A stretch of DNA of 42,130 nucleotides. Source: an uncultured Verrucomicrobiota bacterium. GTDB lineage: Bacteria > Verrucomicrobiota > Verrucomicrobiia > Limisphaerales > BOG-1460. The notes beneath the pieces were generated by a model, which ran no database searches, was not told where the DNA came from, and was given only the letters and a program-made list of their open reading frames with translations. The stretch lies in assembly GCA_964520205.1 (NCBI GenBank), contig CAZFOA010000003.1, positions 1-42,130 of the forward strand. The letters run 5' to 3'. Made by a program: the position numbers and the translations under genes. Below are positions 1 through 9,191 of this stretch, in pieces; the first letter of the stretch is position 1; every line of letters begins with the position of its first letter.

Positions 1-295
1 AACTGACAACTACGGTCGGTTCAATCCGCCTCCTGCCACTTCGCTTACTCTACCGTTGAGCCGGCAGAGGCAAGGGAGTTCTTGTCTTTTGCCAATGAAA
101 GTGAAATCATCACACTGACAATGATGCGAATGCCGTTGCCCAGTCCGCACCTCGCCCGCCGCCGGAGCCGCTCCTGCCACACATTGAATCCGCATGCGGC
201 CGTTTGGCCGCGGACGGATTCGAGCGGAGAATGGGGAAGCGGGAAGCACTCGCACGGTCAGGCCGGTACCCAACCCACCTAAAGCCCAGGCGAGG

Positions 296-1756
296 ATGGT
301 TTTCAACTCGTTAATTTTTCTGGCGTTCCTGGCGATTGTGCTGGCGGTTTACTATCGGCTGCCGCACCGCGGCCAGAATATTTTTCTGCTCATCGCCAGC
401 TATATTTTCTACGGGTGGTGGAATTGGCGTTTTGTGTCGCTGCTGTTGTTCACGACGTTCTTCGATTACTGGTGCGCACTCTGGATCGAAAATGAGCCCC
501 GGCTGAACCGAAGACGGCTGTTCCTTTCCTTTAGCATGATCGTCAACCTTGGGGTATTGAGCATTTTCAAATACTTCAATTTCTTTGCCGGATCGTTGCA
601 ACATGTGCTGGCTTTTTTTGGAATGAAACCGACGTTTCCGGTCCTGCACATCCTTCTGCCGGTCGGGATTTCGTTCTATACTTTCCTGTCGATGAGCTAC
701 ACCATCGACGTATTCCGGGGTCATCTCAAAGCCACGCGCAACCCGCTGGACTTCATGCTTTACGTGGCGTTCTTCCCTCACTTGGTTGCCGGTCCGATTG
801 TGCGGGCTTCCTTTTTGCTGCCGCAATGCCAGCGTCCGCGAGTCATCCGCCGGGATGAAGTGCTGAATGGCATCTGGCAGATCCTGATGGGGTACGTCAA
901 AAAGATCGTGATTGCCGATCGGTTGGCGGGTGTGGTGAGCTGGGGTTTTGCCCAACCTTCGGCGCCTTTTCCCGATGCCAACGCCTGGCTGGTTCTCTAT
1001 GCTTTCGCGTTCCAGGTTTACGGTGATTTCTCAGGCTACTCGGACATCGCACGCGGCCTTTCCAAGCTCATGGGCTTTGAACTGACCACCAACTTCAAGG
1101 CTCCCTATCTGGTCGCCAATCCGTCCGCCTTCTGGCAAAACTGGCACATCAGCCTGTCCACGTGGCTTCGCGATTATCTCTACATTCCGCTCGGTGGCAA
1201 CCGTCGGGGCGCCGGCCGCACCTATGCGAATCTGATGATTACCATGCTGCTGGGCGGCTTGTGGCACGGCGCGGGTGCCGCCTTCCTTCTTTGGGGTTTC
1301 TACCACGGCATCCTGCTGGCGGGCCAGCGAGCGTGGCATGATTTCATCGTGCCCGGTGTGCGCCGCGTGTGGCGCACGGCCGAGACGGAAGTTGGCCGGC
1401 CGGAAAGCCGGGTGAAGCGGTTTTTGCTGGTGTTCCTTTTCTTTCATTTGACCTGCATCGGATGGCTGCTCTTCCGGGCCGGGACACTCCCCCCAAAGTT
1501 TGATCAGGTTCAGATCGTTCGGGATTATTTGCGGGCCATGTTTCACTGGCCGCTGGCGGCGGGTGTGAGTCCGCTGTTGCAGCCTCTGGTTGTCCTTGGC
1601 GGCTTGGCGCTGCTTTTTCAATGGCAGCACGAGAAGATGGATCGGTTCTCGACGTGGGAGCCCCGGTGGCAGGCCCTCGCCACGGCCCTCGCGCTGGCGG
1701 CGATCACCGGCCTGGGTGTTTTCAACGGGGCGCAGTTTATTTACTTTCAATTCTGA
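296..1756 (+). CDS. MBOAT-family membrane-bound O-acyltransferase (AlgI/DltB/PatA-like)
   Basis: Track ORF 194..1756. The in-frame ATG at 296 gives the typical MBOAT N-terminus MVFNSLIFLAFL. The 34 upstream codons are Arg/Pro/Gly-rich and not protein-like. Polytopic throughout, with a conserved His context LLGGLWHGAG. Confidence 0.9.
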   Translation: MVFNSLIFLAFLAIVLAVYYRLPHRGQNIFLLIASYIFYGWWNWRFVSLLLFTTFFDYWCALWIENEPRLNRRRLFLSFSMIVNLGVLSIFKYFNFFAGSLQHVLAFFGMKPTFPVLHILLPVGISFYTFLSMSYTIDVFRGHLKATRNPLDFMLYVAFFPHLVAGPIVRASFLLPQCQRPRVIRRDEVLNGIWQILMGYVKKIVIADRLAGVVSWGFAQPSAPFPDANAWLVLYAFAFQVYGDFSGYSDIARGLSKLMGFELTTNFKAPYLVANPSAFWQNWHISLSTWLRDYLYIPLGGNRRGAGRTYANLMITMLLGGLWHGAGAAFLLWGFYHGILLAGQRAWHDFIVPGVRRVWRTAETEVGRPESRVKRFLLVFLFFHLTCIGWLLFRAGTLPPKFDQVQIVRDYLRAMFHWPLAAGVSPLLQPLVVLGGLALLFQWQHEKMDRFSTWEPRWQALATALALAAITGLGVFNGAQFIYFQF

Positions 1757-1758
1757 CC

Positions 1759-3003
1759 ATGAAGCGCCACCGCCTTTACTGGATTGCCTGGGCCGGTTTG
1801 TTGTTGGGGTGGGTTGGTTACGCCCTGGCAGGAGGACCGGTGTCACGAATCATGGCCGTGCGATTCGGCAACGTTCTGCTCCGCCTGGGTCGGGACAAAT
1901 TCAGCGACGCAGCCTGGTTTGTTGAATGTCGGCTGGGTGAAGCGCTTTGGTTGGCAACCCTGGTGATGCTGTGGATCGCGGCACACTGGATGCTCGGCCG
2001 GCTGATCCGCGCCCGGATCCAACGCGAGCGGTGGGTGGCGCAAGGCCTTGCGGGGTTTGTCTTTCTCAACCTCTGGATTGGCGCCGCCATGAACACCGCA
2101 CTGTTTTGGGGGGCGCTGCTTCTGGGGGCCGGATTCCAGAACCTGGAGCAGTTTCATTTCAAGCGCATTCTCCTCGAAGAAAACCCTGCGCACAGTCGCG
2201 CCGTTTTGATGGGATCGAGCCAGACGCGCGCGGAAATCAATGCGGAACGGCTGAACAACCTCCTGGGCACAAATTTGTGGACTACCGAGCTCCACTTCCC
2301 CGGCTGTCATGGCTACGATTTGCTCCTCCTCGAGCGCCGAATCCGCCGGTCCGATCCACGCTGGGTCGTTTGCTACGTGACCGAAGGATACTTTTACCTC
2401 AGCTCGGAAGGCGAAACGCCCCCTAATTTCTTTGGTTTGGTTGATTTGGCGGATGGTTGGAGACGCGGTGCCTTACGCTATCTTTCCCGTGACGAAATAT
2501 TTTCCGGTCTATTGGGCGACGTGCTGCCCCTTTTTCGCTGCCGGGAAGCGCTGGCGCAGCGGCTGTTCGGCTCCGCGACCGTTGATCTGAAACAAGTGCA
2601 ATACAACACCTCGCTCCAAGTGGACCTGCAAGCGCGCGCCGGCGAGGCGGCGTCAGGATTTCGCCTGTCACCGGAGAGTGAATTTCAAAAAAAGGCTTTC
2701 GAAGAATTTGTGGCCCGTTGCCAGCAGGCGCACCGCCGGGTGGTTTTGTTGGCGGGCAGCTACAACCCGATTCTTGCCCGGAAGATCAATCCAGCCGTCC
2801 GGGCCGATATGCTCGCGTTTCTTGAGGAGCTCAAGAGCCGCTATCCCAACGTGGTTTTGATTCCCGAATCAGAGCTCCCGGAACAAAACCCGGCCGATTA
2901 TGAAGACCTGAGTCACGTCAACGCGGATATGCGGGACCGGTTTACCTTGTATCTGGCCAGCCGACTCTCCCCGTTGCTCGACACCCGGGAGTCCGCTCCC
3001 TGA
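1759..3003 (+). CDS. MBOAT-partner protein: N-terminal membrane helices plus an SGNH/DltD-like extracytoplasmic domain (putative O-acyl transfer partner)
   Basis: The ATG at 1759 lies 2 nt after the MBOAT stop (1754-1756). Starts MKRHRLYWIAWAGLLLGWVGYALAG, followed by further hydrophobic helices. The soluble part has a GSS-type block (AVLMGSSQT) and a late D-x-x-H block (EDLSHVN). Function is assigned from these motifs and from position only. Confidence 0.6.
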   Translation: MKRHRLYWIAWAGLLLGWVGYALAGGPVSRIMAVRFGNVLLRLGRDKFSDAAWFVECRLGEALWLATLVMLWIAAHWMLGRLIRARIQRERWVAQGLAGFVFLNLWIGAAMNTALFWGALLLGAGFQNLEQFHFKRILLEENPAHSRAVLMGSSQTRAEINAERLNNLLGTNLWTTELHFPGCHGYDLLLLERRIRRSDPRWVVCYVTEGYFYLSSEGETPPNFFGLVDLADGWRRGALRYLSRDEIFSGLLGDVLPLFRCREALAQRLFGSATVDLKQVQYNTSLQVDLQARAGEAASGFRLSPESEFQKKAFEEFVARCQQAHRRVVLLAGSYNPILARKINPAVRADMLAFLEELKSRYPNVVLIPESELPEQNPADYEDLSHVNADMRDRFTLYLASRLSPLLDTRESAP

Positions 3004-3076
3004 TTCGCCCCCGTCGATCGGAATCGAAGCGCTGGCGATCAAAAACGGCTGGGTGTTTTAGGCTGATGCCGCGAAC

Positions 3077-4249
3077 TCAGCGCGGTTTCAAGGCAGGCAG
3101 AATTTCTTGATAAAGGTCGAGATAACTTTGCACCATGGCCGCCGCTGTCATTCCTTTGCGCAGGATAGACGCCCGGCTTTGGGCGCGGAATCTGTCCAGT
3201 GTCGAACGGTCGGACATGACGCGATCCAGCGCCGAGGCCAAAGCCGGGATATCACCCGGCGGGACCAGGAGGCCGTTGACCTCGTGATCGATCAACTCCG
3301 GAATGCCGCCCACACGGCTGCCGACGCCGACACAACCGTGGAACAAGGCTTCCTGCAGGGACAATCCAAGTCCCTCCTGGAGCGACGGCATGGCGATGAT
3401 GGATGCCCGCTGCATGCGTTTGACGGTTTCTTCGTCGCCGAGCCGGCCCAACAATTGAACCCGGCTGGTGATCTCCGCCTGGGTTGCGCAGGCCTGGATG
3501 CGTCCGACGTAACCCGGGTTGTCGGCTCGTCCGACGAAATGGAGCTGCCATTCCGGATGTTTGGCGGCGATGCGAGCGAAGGCCTCGGCCAGGTTGGGTT
3601 GGGCCTTGCGGCCGCCCAGCGTGCCGACGCAGAGCACGACCGGGTCGCGATCCGGATTCGGTGGCGACGAGTCTGCCGGAAGCAGCGAATGGTAACGCTG
3701 GATGAGTTTGGGTCTGAAAAACGGGAACATGCGGACGAGCCGCGCGCGATCGTGCCGGGAGACGCACACCTCGAACTTGAGCCGCCGATAGAGAGCCGAG
3801 CGGCTGAGGAGAGCGAAGCACATATACAGTTGCTTTTGCCAGACCGGCCGGTCGGGTCGAACCTGGCAGTTAAGCCATTCGGTGGCGAGGTGGTTCGTGC
3901 TCAGGCAGGGAATCTTCTGGCCGGCGAGATGATAGATGGGGCACCGCCAGAACCGGTTGGTTCCCCAGGCGAACGTTTCTCCGAAATGAAAATGCGCCAG
4001 TTGAATCCGATGCCCGCGAAGCGCTGCCGCCAGGGCCAGCGCCGACTCGCGTGTAACCGCCGTCTCATCCCAGGCGATGTGGGCGCAAATCAAATCCGAG
4101 ATTTCCCGGGGCAGTTGGCCCGGGTCCTTGTCACCGGAGACCAGGACGATTTCGAAGTGCCGGCTCAGGCCGCGGACGAGTTCGCGGACGAGGACTTCCG
4201 TGCCGCCCTGCTGCATCAGCGGATACTCGAGCGCCAGGGCGATTCTCAT
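3077..4249 (-). CDS. Glycosyltransferase family 4 (GT-B, retaining type)
   Basis: 390-aa ORF with N-terminus MRIALALEYPLMQQGGTEV. C-terminal signature SLQEGLGLSLQEALFHGCVGVGSRVGGIPELIDHEVNGLLVPPGD (E-x7-E). Its start codon overlaps the upstream gene's stop by 4 nt (TCAT at 4246-4249). Confidence 0.9.
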   Translation of the reverse strand: MRIALALEYPLMQQGGTEVLVRELVRGLSRHFEIVLVSGDKDPGQLPREISDLICAHIAWDETAVTRESALALAAALRGHRIQLAHFHFGETFAWGTNRFWRCPIYHLAGQKIPCLSTNHLATEWLNCQVRPDRPVWQKQLYMCFALLSRSALYRRLKFEVCVSRHDRARLVRMFPFFRPKLIQRYHSLLPADSSPPNPDRDPVVLCVGTLGGRKAQPNLAEAFARIAAKHPEWQLHFVGRADNPGYVGRIQACATQAEITSRVQLLGRLGDEETVKRMQRASIIAMPSLQEGLGLSLQEALFHGCVGVGSRVGGIPELIDHEVNGLLVPPGDIPALASALDRVMSDRSTLDRFRAQSRASILRKGMTAAAMVQSYLDLYQEILPALKPR

Positions 4250-5454
4250 CTGTTGTTGCTCAGGGTTGATGAGGGTTTGTTTGCGGCGACGAGCGCGGCA
4301 TCGTAGGCGGCCAAAAAGTTTTCAGCCATCCTTGCCGGTGACAAATAGGCGCGGGTTTTGGCCAAAGTATCGGGATCGACCAGGCCTTTGCCGAACAACG
4401 GATGGGCGCAGGCTTCTTTGATGGCGCGAACAAAGGCAGCCAAGTCACCGGAGGGGAACAGAAATCCATTCTTGCCGGGAATCAAGTAGTCAGGAATGCC
4501 GCCGACCCGGCTTGCCACCACGGGCAGGCCCGCCACGAGCGCCTCCTTGACCGCGTTCGGGCTCACGTCCGCGCGCGTGGGAAAGAGCATCATCGTCGGT
4601 GTTTGCAGTTCTCCAGCCATTTCGTCCGGGCGCAAATGGTGTTTGAATTCAACGCGATTCCAGAGTTCCGGCGAGGCGGTCGGGCACAGTGTGGCTGGCG
4701 CCGGGGGCGGGTTTTCGCTGATGACGGTGAGCTTGAAAGGCATTTCAGCGGTGAGTTGATTCAGCGCCTGGAAGAGCAAGTCTATTCCCTTCCGATAGCC
4801 GGGCGTGCCGACAAAGATAAAGTGAACCGGGCCGGCTGCGGGCCGGCGTTGCACCTGGTGAAAAAACCAGTTGGGCGCATGCTCGGCCTGGCAGACTTGC
4901 GGACGAGGATAATGCTGTTTGAGATACTGGACGGCAAACGATGATTCGGTGGTGATCACGGGCACCCGGGGAAAGCTTCTTCTTTCCCAAAATGCCGCGA
5001 AATGCTCGAACAGCGTCATGGGCCCGATTTCCCGGTACCAGCTCAACAAGCCCTGCACCGTTGCCAGGTAAGGGTAACCGATCTGACCCGCCACCCAGGC
5101 CGCTCCCCTTTCACTGCCCCACGCATGGATCAGGTCTGGTTTGATCCGCTTGCAGACACCGCGGATCAAACAGGTGTCCAGCCAGAACAGGGAGAGAACA
5201 CGCAAACCGGCGGGCGCTTTCAACACGTGGAAGACGGTTCCGTTGCGCTCAAAAGAAACGCTTCGCGCAATCCGCCTGCGCATCAGAATCACGTGGACAC
5301 GGAGCGCCGGATTTTTTTCGAATTCAGAAAGCAACACCTTTTGCCAGGTTGCCGGATGACGCCGTGGGAGCGCGCGCAGCGGTTCCGGCAAATCCGGCAG
5401 CCATTCCACGGCAAATTCCGAAATCCAAGCGACGGTCAATGGATTCTTTAACAT
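4246..5454 (-). CDS. Glycosyltransferase family 4 (GT-B)
   Basis: Track ORF 4246..6066, trimmed to Met205 (CAT at 5452-5454, MLKNPLTVAWISEF). The upstream 204 codons are low-complexity and overlap the divergent GT2 gene. C-terminal signature FPTRADVSPNAVKEALVAGLPVVASRVGGIPDYLIPGKNGFLFPSGD. Confidence 0.85.
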   Translation of the reverse strand: MLKNPLTVAWISEFAVEWLPDLPEPLRALPRRHPATWQKVLLSEFEKNPALRVHVILMRRRIARSVSFERNGTVFHVLKAPAGLRVLSLFWLDTCLIRGVCKRIKPDLIHAWGSERGAAWVAGQIGYPYLATVQGLLSWYREIGPMTLFEHFAAFWERRSFPRVPVITTESSFAVQYLKQHYPRPQVCQAEHAPNWFFHQVQRRPAAGPVHFIFVGTPGYRKGIDLLFQALNQLTAEMPFKLTVISENPPPAPATLCPTASPELWNRVEFKHHLRPDEMAGELQTPTMMLFPTRADVSPNAVKEALVAGLPVVASRVGGIPDYLIPGKNGFLFPSGDLAAFVRAIKEACAHPLFGKGLVDPDTLAKTRAYLSPARMAENFLAAYDAALVAANKPSSTLSNNR

Positions 5455-5737
5455 GACGAACGCAGCGGTCTGAACGGGTGCGCGGAGTGTATGGGATGGA
5501 GCCGGATTGGCAAGCTTCTTGGCCGGACGGCAGTGAGTGAGTTTGGTCGGGCGAGGCTGCCCAGGAAGCGGGCACAAATTTGGACTGCGAAAGCGGCGCA
5601 GCGCTTTGCTTCCTGCCGCAGCCCAAGACGTTTTCGCGCCGGCAACACGCCCTCGAGTTGTGCCGTTCGCGGAGTCAACCGGCGGAATCGGCTTGTTTTC
5701 CGGCCAAATCGCAAGCAACATCCCGCGACGAACTTGT

Positions 5738-6505
5738 ATGGCGCCACCGTCTAATTCAGCGCAGCCGCTAACCCTGTTGTCCGTCATCATCCCGGCGCGA
5801 GACGAGGAAGGCTGCATCTGCTCGACTGTGGAGCATCTGCACCTGGAGTTGCGGCTCCATAACGTTCCGCACGAGATCGTGGTGGTGGATGATGGCAGCA
5901 CCGACCGGACGTGGGAATTGCTGGCCGGGCTTGGCACCAGGCTCCCGGAATTGGTTCCGGTGAAGAATGAAGGACAACATGGATTTGGCCGCGCCATCAT
6001 CTGCGGACTTGATCGCATGAAAGGTGATGCCGCGGTGATCATGATGGCGGACGAATCGGACGACAACCGGGACGTGGTGCGGTACTGGCAGGAGCTGAAC
6101 CGGGGTCAGGACTGTGTTTTCGGCAGCCGTTTTATGAAGGGCGGCGGGGTGATCGATTATCCCCGGGTGAAACTGCTGTTCAATCGGCTGGCAAACCTGT
6201 TCATCAAGGTACTGTTCCAAATCAAGCTGAATGATACCACCAATGCGTTCAAAGCTTACCGGCGCACCGTCATCGACGGCTGCCGCCCCCTGGTTTCGCC
6301 TCACTTCAATCTGACGGTGGAATTGCCGCTGAAAGCGATCGTGCGCGGCTACAGTTGGACCGTGATCCCGATCACCTGGCGCAACCGCCGCAGTGGCACC
6401 GCCAAGCTGAAGATCAAGGAAATGGGCAGCCGCTACCTCTTTATCTGCCTTTACGTTTGGCTGGAAAAATATTTCAGCCGGGGAGACTATCGCAAACTGT
6501 CATGA
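5738..6505 (+). CDS. Glycosyltransferase family 2, polyprenyl-phosphate sugar synthase type (Dpm1/ArnC/GtrB-like)
   Basis: Track ORF 5537..6505, trimmed to the ATG at 5738 (MAPPSNSAQPLTLLSVIIPARDEEG). GT-A motifs LSVIIPARDEE, VVVDDGSTD and MMADESDD. No C-terminal TM bundle. Stop overlaps the next gene's start (ATGA at 6502-6505). Confidence 0.85.
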   Translation: MAPPSNSAQPLTLLSVIIPARDEEGCICSTVEHLHLELRLHNVPHEIVVVDDGSTDRTWELLAGLGTRLPELVPVKNEGQHGFGRAIICGLDRMKGDAAVIMMADESDDNRDVVRYWQELNRGQDCVFGSRFMKGGGVIDYPRVKLLFNRLANLFIKVLFQIKLNDTTNAFKAYRRTVIDGCRPLVSPHFNLTVELPLKAIVRGYSWTVIPITWRNRRSGTAKLKIKEMGSRYLFICLYVWLEKYFSRGDYRKLS

Positions 6506-7197
6506 TTTACGATTCGAAGGAACTGGAGACGATCTATGGCCAGCGGTTTGCCGGCCGGCGCGAGTATCGCAATCGGGTCTGGCAGGTCCTTATCGGGAGT
6601 TTTTTTCAGAAATTTGTCCGGCCGGAGGACAGTGTATTGGACCTGGGCTGCGGCTACGGCGAATTCATCAACAACATCCGCTGCCAGGCGAAATACGGGA
6701 TGGACCTGAATCCGACGTCGGGCCGGATGCTGGCATCGGGCGTGCATTTTTTCCAGCAGGATTGTTCCGCGCAATGGCCGCTGGGGGAGAGTTCGCTGGA
6801 TGTGGTTTTCACGAGCAATTTCTTCGAGCATCTGCCGGACAAACGAACCCTTGCGGCCACGTTGACCCAGGTTCATCGTTGTTTGAAGCCCGGAGGCAAG
6901 CTGATCGCGATGGGGCCGAACATCAAATTCGTGCCCGGCGCGCACTGGGACTTTTGGGACCATCACCTGCCGCTGACCGAGCTGTCATTGAGCGAAGGAA
7001 TGCGGAATCTCGGTTTCACCATTGAGCGGTGTTATCCGCGCTTTTTGCCCTACACGATGGTAAACTCGCCCGAGTATCCCCCAATTTTTGTGCGGATGTA
7101 TTTGGCGCTGCCGATTGCCTGGCGTCTCTTGGGCGGGCAATTCCTCGTGGTTGGAGTTGCCGCGAAAGGGGAAGCCGACGCCCTATCGGGCCGGTGA
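6502..7197 (+). CDS. Class I SAM-dependent methyltransferase
   Basis: Track ORF 6355..7197, trimmed to the ATG at 6502 (MIYDSKELETIYGQRF). Motif I is VLDLGCGYGEF and the post-I/II region is LDVVFTSNFFEHLPD ... LKPGGKLI. ATGA overlap with the upstream GT2 suggests translational coupling. Confidence 0.85.
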   Translation: MIYDSKELETIYGQRFAGRREYRNRVWQVLIGSFFQKFVRPEDSVLDLGCGYGEFINNIRCQAKYGMDLNPTSGRMLASGVHFFQQDCSAQWPLGESSLDVVFTSNFFEHLPDKRTLAATLTQVHRCLKPGGKLIAMGPNIKFVPGAHWDFWDHHLPLTELSLSEGMRNLGFTIERCYPRFLPYTMVNSPEYPPIFVRMYLALPIAWRLLGGQFLVVGVAAKGEADALSGR

Positions 7198-7350
7198 AGC
7201 CTGGGGGGCAGCTGCAATTCGCTCCGCACGGATCGAGGAAGTGCCAGCCGGCATTTGTTCTGGCAGCGAGTCGGGCAGCAAGTTAAATTTTGGCATATGG
7301 AATCACCTCCGGCTCATTCGGTTCAACGACAAACAGATTCCTCGCCCAAG

Positions 7351-9093
7351 ATGCCGGCGTGGTCCGATGCGCGGGTTCTTGTCGGCCTCGCCTTGGTCGC
7401 GGGACTGCTGCTCCGCCTGGTAGGATTGTCCCAGCCGCCATATGACGACCACAGCTTTCGCCAGACCCAAACCTTGTCCACGATTGAGGCTTTTCACGCT
7501 CATGGGATAGACTTGTTGCATCCACGGGCCATCTACATGGGTGATCCTGGTGTATTCGTGTTGGAATTGCCGGTGTTTCAGGCATTGGCGGCCTGCCTCT
7601 ACGACGTTTTTGGTCCCCATCTGGAGGTCATCCGAATCTTGAACATTCTGATGGGTGCTGCCACAACGTGGCTTCTATATCGGATTACCCTGCATTTCCT
7701 GGATCGAACCACCGCGATTCTGACGGCGCTGATCTATTGGTTGGCGCCGCTGAACATCATTTATCAACGATCCATGCTGTTGGATCCCACCGCGGTTTTT
7801 TTCGGTTTGCTCGCCTTTTATTGTCTGGCCTTGCTGGCGGTCGGTCGCGATTCCCATGGTGCATCGGACATCCACCGGACCGACTGGTTCACTTTCATAG
7901 GATTCGTGGTGGCCACCTGGTTTACCGCAATGATCAAAGCGCTTTACCTCTGGCCTGTGGTCCTGTTGTTGGCGAAGGTTCTTTTCGAGCGCAGATTCAA
8001 GGTGGATGGGTGGTTCGTGCGAATCCTGTCGGTATTCGCGGTGGCGGGTGTGTTTTTTCTCGCTTGGAACTACTACGCCGCGCAAGTCAATGATGCATCG
8101 CCCTTCACTCGAGGCGTCAAGCCTACGTCCTTGCTCGGCATGTCGGATCTGTTCACCTCGGAATTCTATCATAAATTGTTTTCCCGGCCAAAATGGTGGC
8201 TGGGGGGCGCCGGAATCCTCCTGTTTCCGGTCGGCTTGGTGGCAGCCTGGCTGCAGCGCCAAGACCGGGTGCGCGCGGCCGCAACCGGGTTCATGATCCT
8301 TATCCCCCCCACCTACCTTCTGGCCTTTGCGAATATCAACCGCCCTCACGATTATTACCAACTGATCATCACTCCGTTTCTGGCCGTTGTGCCGGCGATC
8401 GGGCTGCGATGGCTGGCGGCACGGTTCCTGTCGCCGCCCGCGCAAGCGAAACCAATCCGGTATACGGCCATGAAATGGATTGCAATTGTTTGCGCCACCG
8501 CGCTGTGCGGTTTTGCGCTGCTGCTGTCTTGGGAGAAGTGGCACGACCCCGCGCACCCTCGCCGCATCTTCCTGTTGTTGATGCTGCCCCTCACCTGCTT
8601 GCTCCTGTTCGCTGGCGTTTTTGCCGTGCCCCAAGGGTTGTTATCAATGGGCAACCGGATGCTCCGGCGCGCGGTGGTGGCGGGCGTGTGTGGGCTTTTG
8701 ATACTTTCCTCGGTGCTGACTTATCGGATGTGGCTTCAAGCGCCGAAACTGGACAGGCGACTGTTGAAATTTGAAGAACTTTGCACTGGGAAGGTGCTTC
8801 GAGGCGGTTCAGCGATGGTGTTTGTGGCACAAATTGGCGACGGCGACGCGGTGTTTGGTGAAATCCCTCAGTACATTTATGCCGCAAAACTCTGGGGTTT
8901 TGGCATGGCTGTGCAAGATGCGGCGGGCGCACGCGGCTATTTTGAAAAACTCGCCTCCGCCTTTCCGCGGCTGGAATACGTCGTGTTTTACGGCACAGAC
9001 TGCCCTGATTGGCTGCCCAGCAATGCGTTCCGTCCGGCGATTCAAGACGGCAGCAACCGGCTCTACATTTTCCAACGGGTATCGTCGAGCTGA
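7351..9093 (+). CDS. GT-C fold glycosyltransferase, ArnT/PMT-like (GT39/GT83-type), polytopic membrane protein
   Basis: Track ORF 7255..9093. In-frame starts at 7255, 7297 and 7351; 7351 (MPAWSDARVLVGLALVAGLLLRLVGL) immediately precedes TM1. The early periplasmic loop carries acidic residues (PPYDDHSF). More than 10 hydrophobic helices, then a soluble C-terminal ~120 aa. Confidence 0.8.
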   Translation: MPAWSDARVLVGLALVAGLLLRLVGLSQPPYDDHSFRQTQTLSTIEAFHAHGIDLLHPRAIYMGDPGVFVLELPVFQALAACLYDVFGPHLEVIRILNILMGAATTWLLYRITLHFLDRTTAILTALIYWLAPLNIIYQRSMLLDPTAVFFGLLAFYCLALLAVGRDSHGASDIHRTDWFTFIGFVVATWFTAMIKALYLWPVVLLLAKVLFERRFKVDGWFVRILSVFAVAGVFFLAWNYYAAQVNDASPFTRGVKPTSLLGMSDLFTSEFYHKLFSRPKWWLGGAGILLFPVGLVAAWLQRQDRVRAAATGFMILIPPTYLLAFANINRPHDYYQLIITPFLAVVPAIGLRWLAARFLSPPAQAKPIRYTAMKWIAIVCATALCGFALLLSWEKWHDPAHPRRIFLLLMLPLTCLLLFAGVFAVPQGLLSMGNRMLRRAVVAGVCGLLILSSVLTYRMWLQAPKLDRRLLKFEELCTGKVLRGGSAMVFVAQIGDGDAVFGEIPQYIYAAKLWGFGMAVQDAAGARGYFEKLASAFPRLEYVVFYGTDCPDWLPSNAFRPAIQDGSNRLYIFQRVSSS

Positions 9094-9191
9094 TGGGATA
9101 GGACCGGACGCGTCTCCACCCGCAAGGCGCGAAATGCCTGACTTCTGCGAGCCCGTCCGGCGCGGTGCTGTCAACCGCGTGCAACCGGCCA

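Noticed and set aside
15-85. tRNA-like signals at the window start: a GGTTCAATCC T-loop-like motif followed by ...GCCA (18-38) on the plus strand, and a D-arm-like GGCTCAACGGTAGAG on the minus strand (47-61).
   Set aside because: With G19/C27 as the loop-closing pair, the next stem pair would be G18-G28, so no 5-bp T-stem can be built. No matching acceptor or anticodon arms can be built either. The minus-strand D-arm lacks U8 and any downstream cloverleaf. The two motifs are on opposite strands, so they cannot belong to one tRNA.
5455-6066. N-terminal extensions of track ORFs: 194-295, 1621-1758, 5455-6066, 5537-5737, 6355-6501, 9422-9481, 16358-16564, 19343-19582 and 21663-21824.
   Set aside because: The extensions are low-complexity. 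They overlap the preceding or divergent gene, and they precede an internal Met that yields the canonical family N-terminus or a signal peptide/TM. Several trimmed starts also create ATGA stop/start overlaps with the upstream gene.
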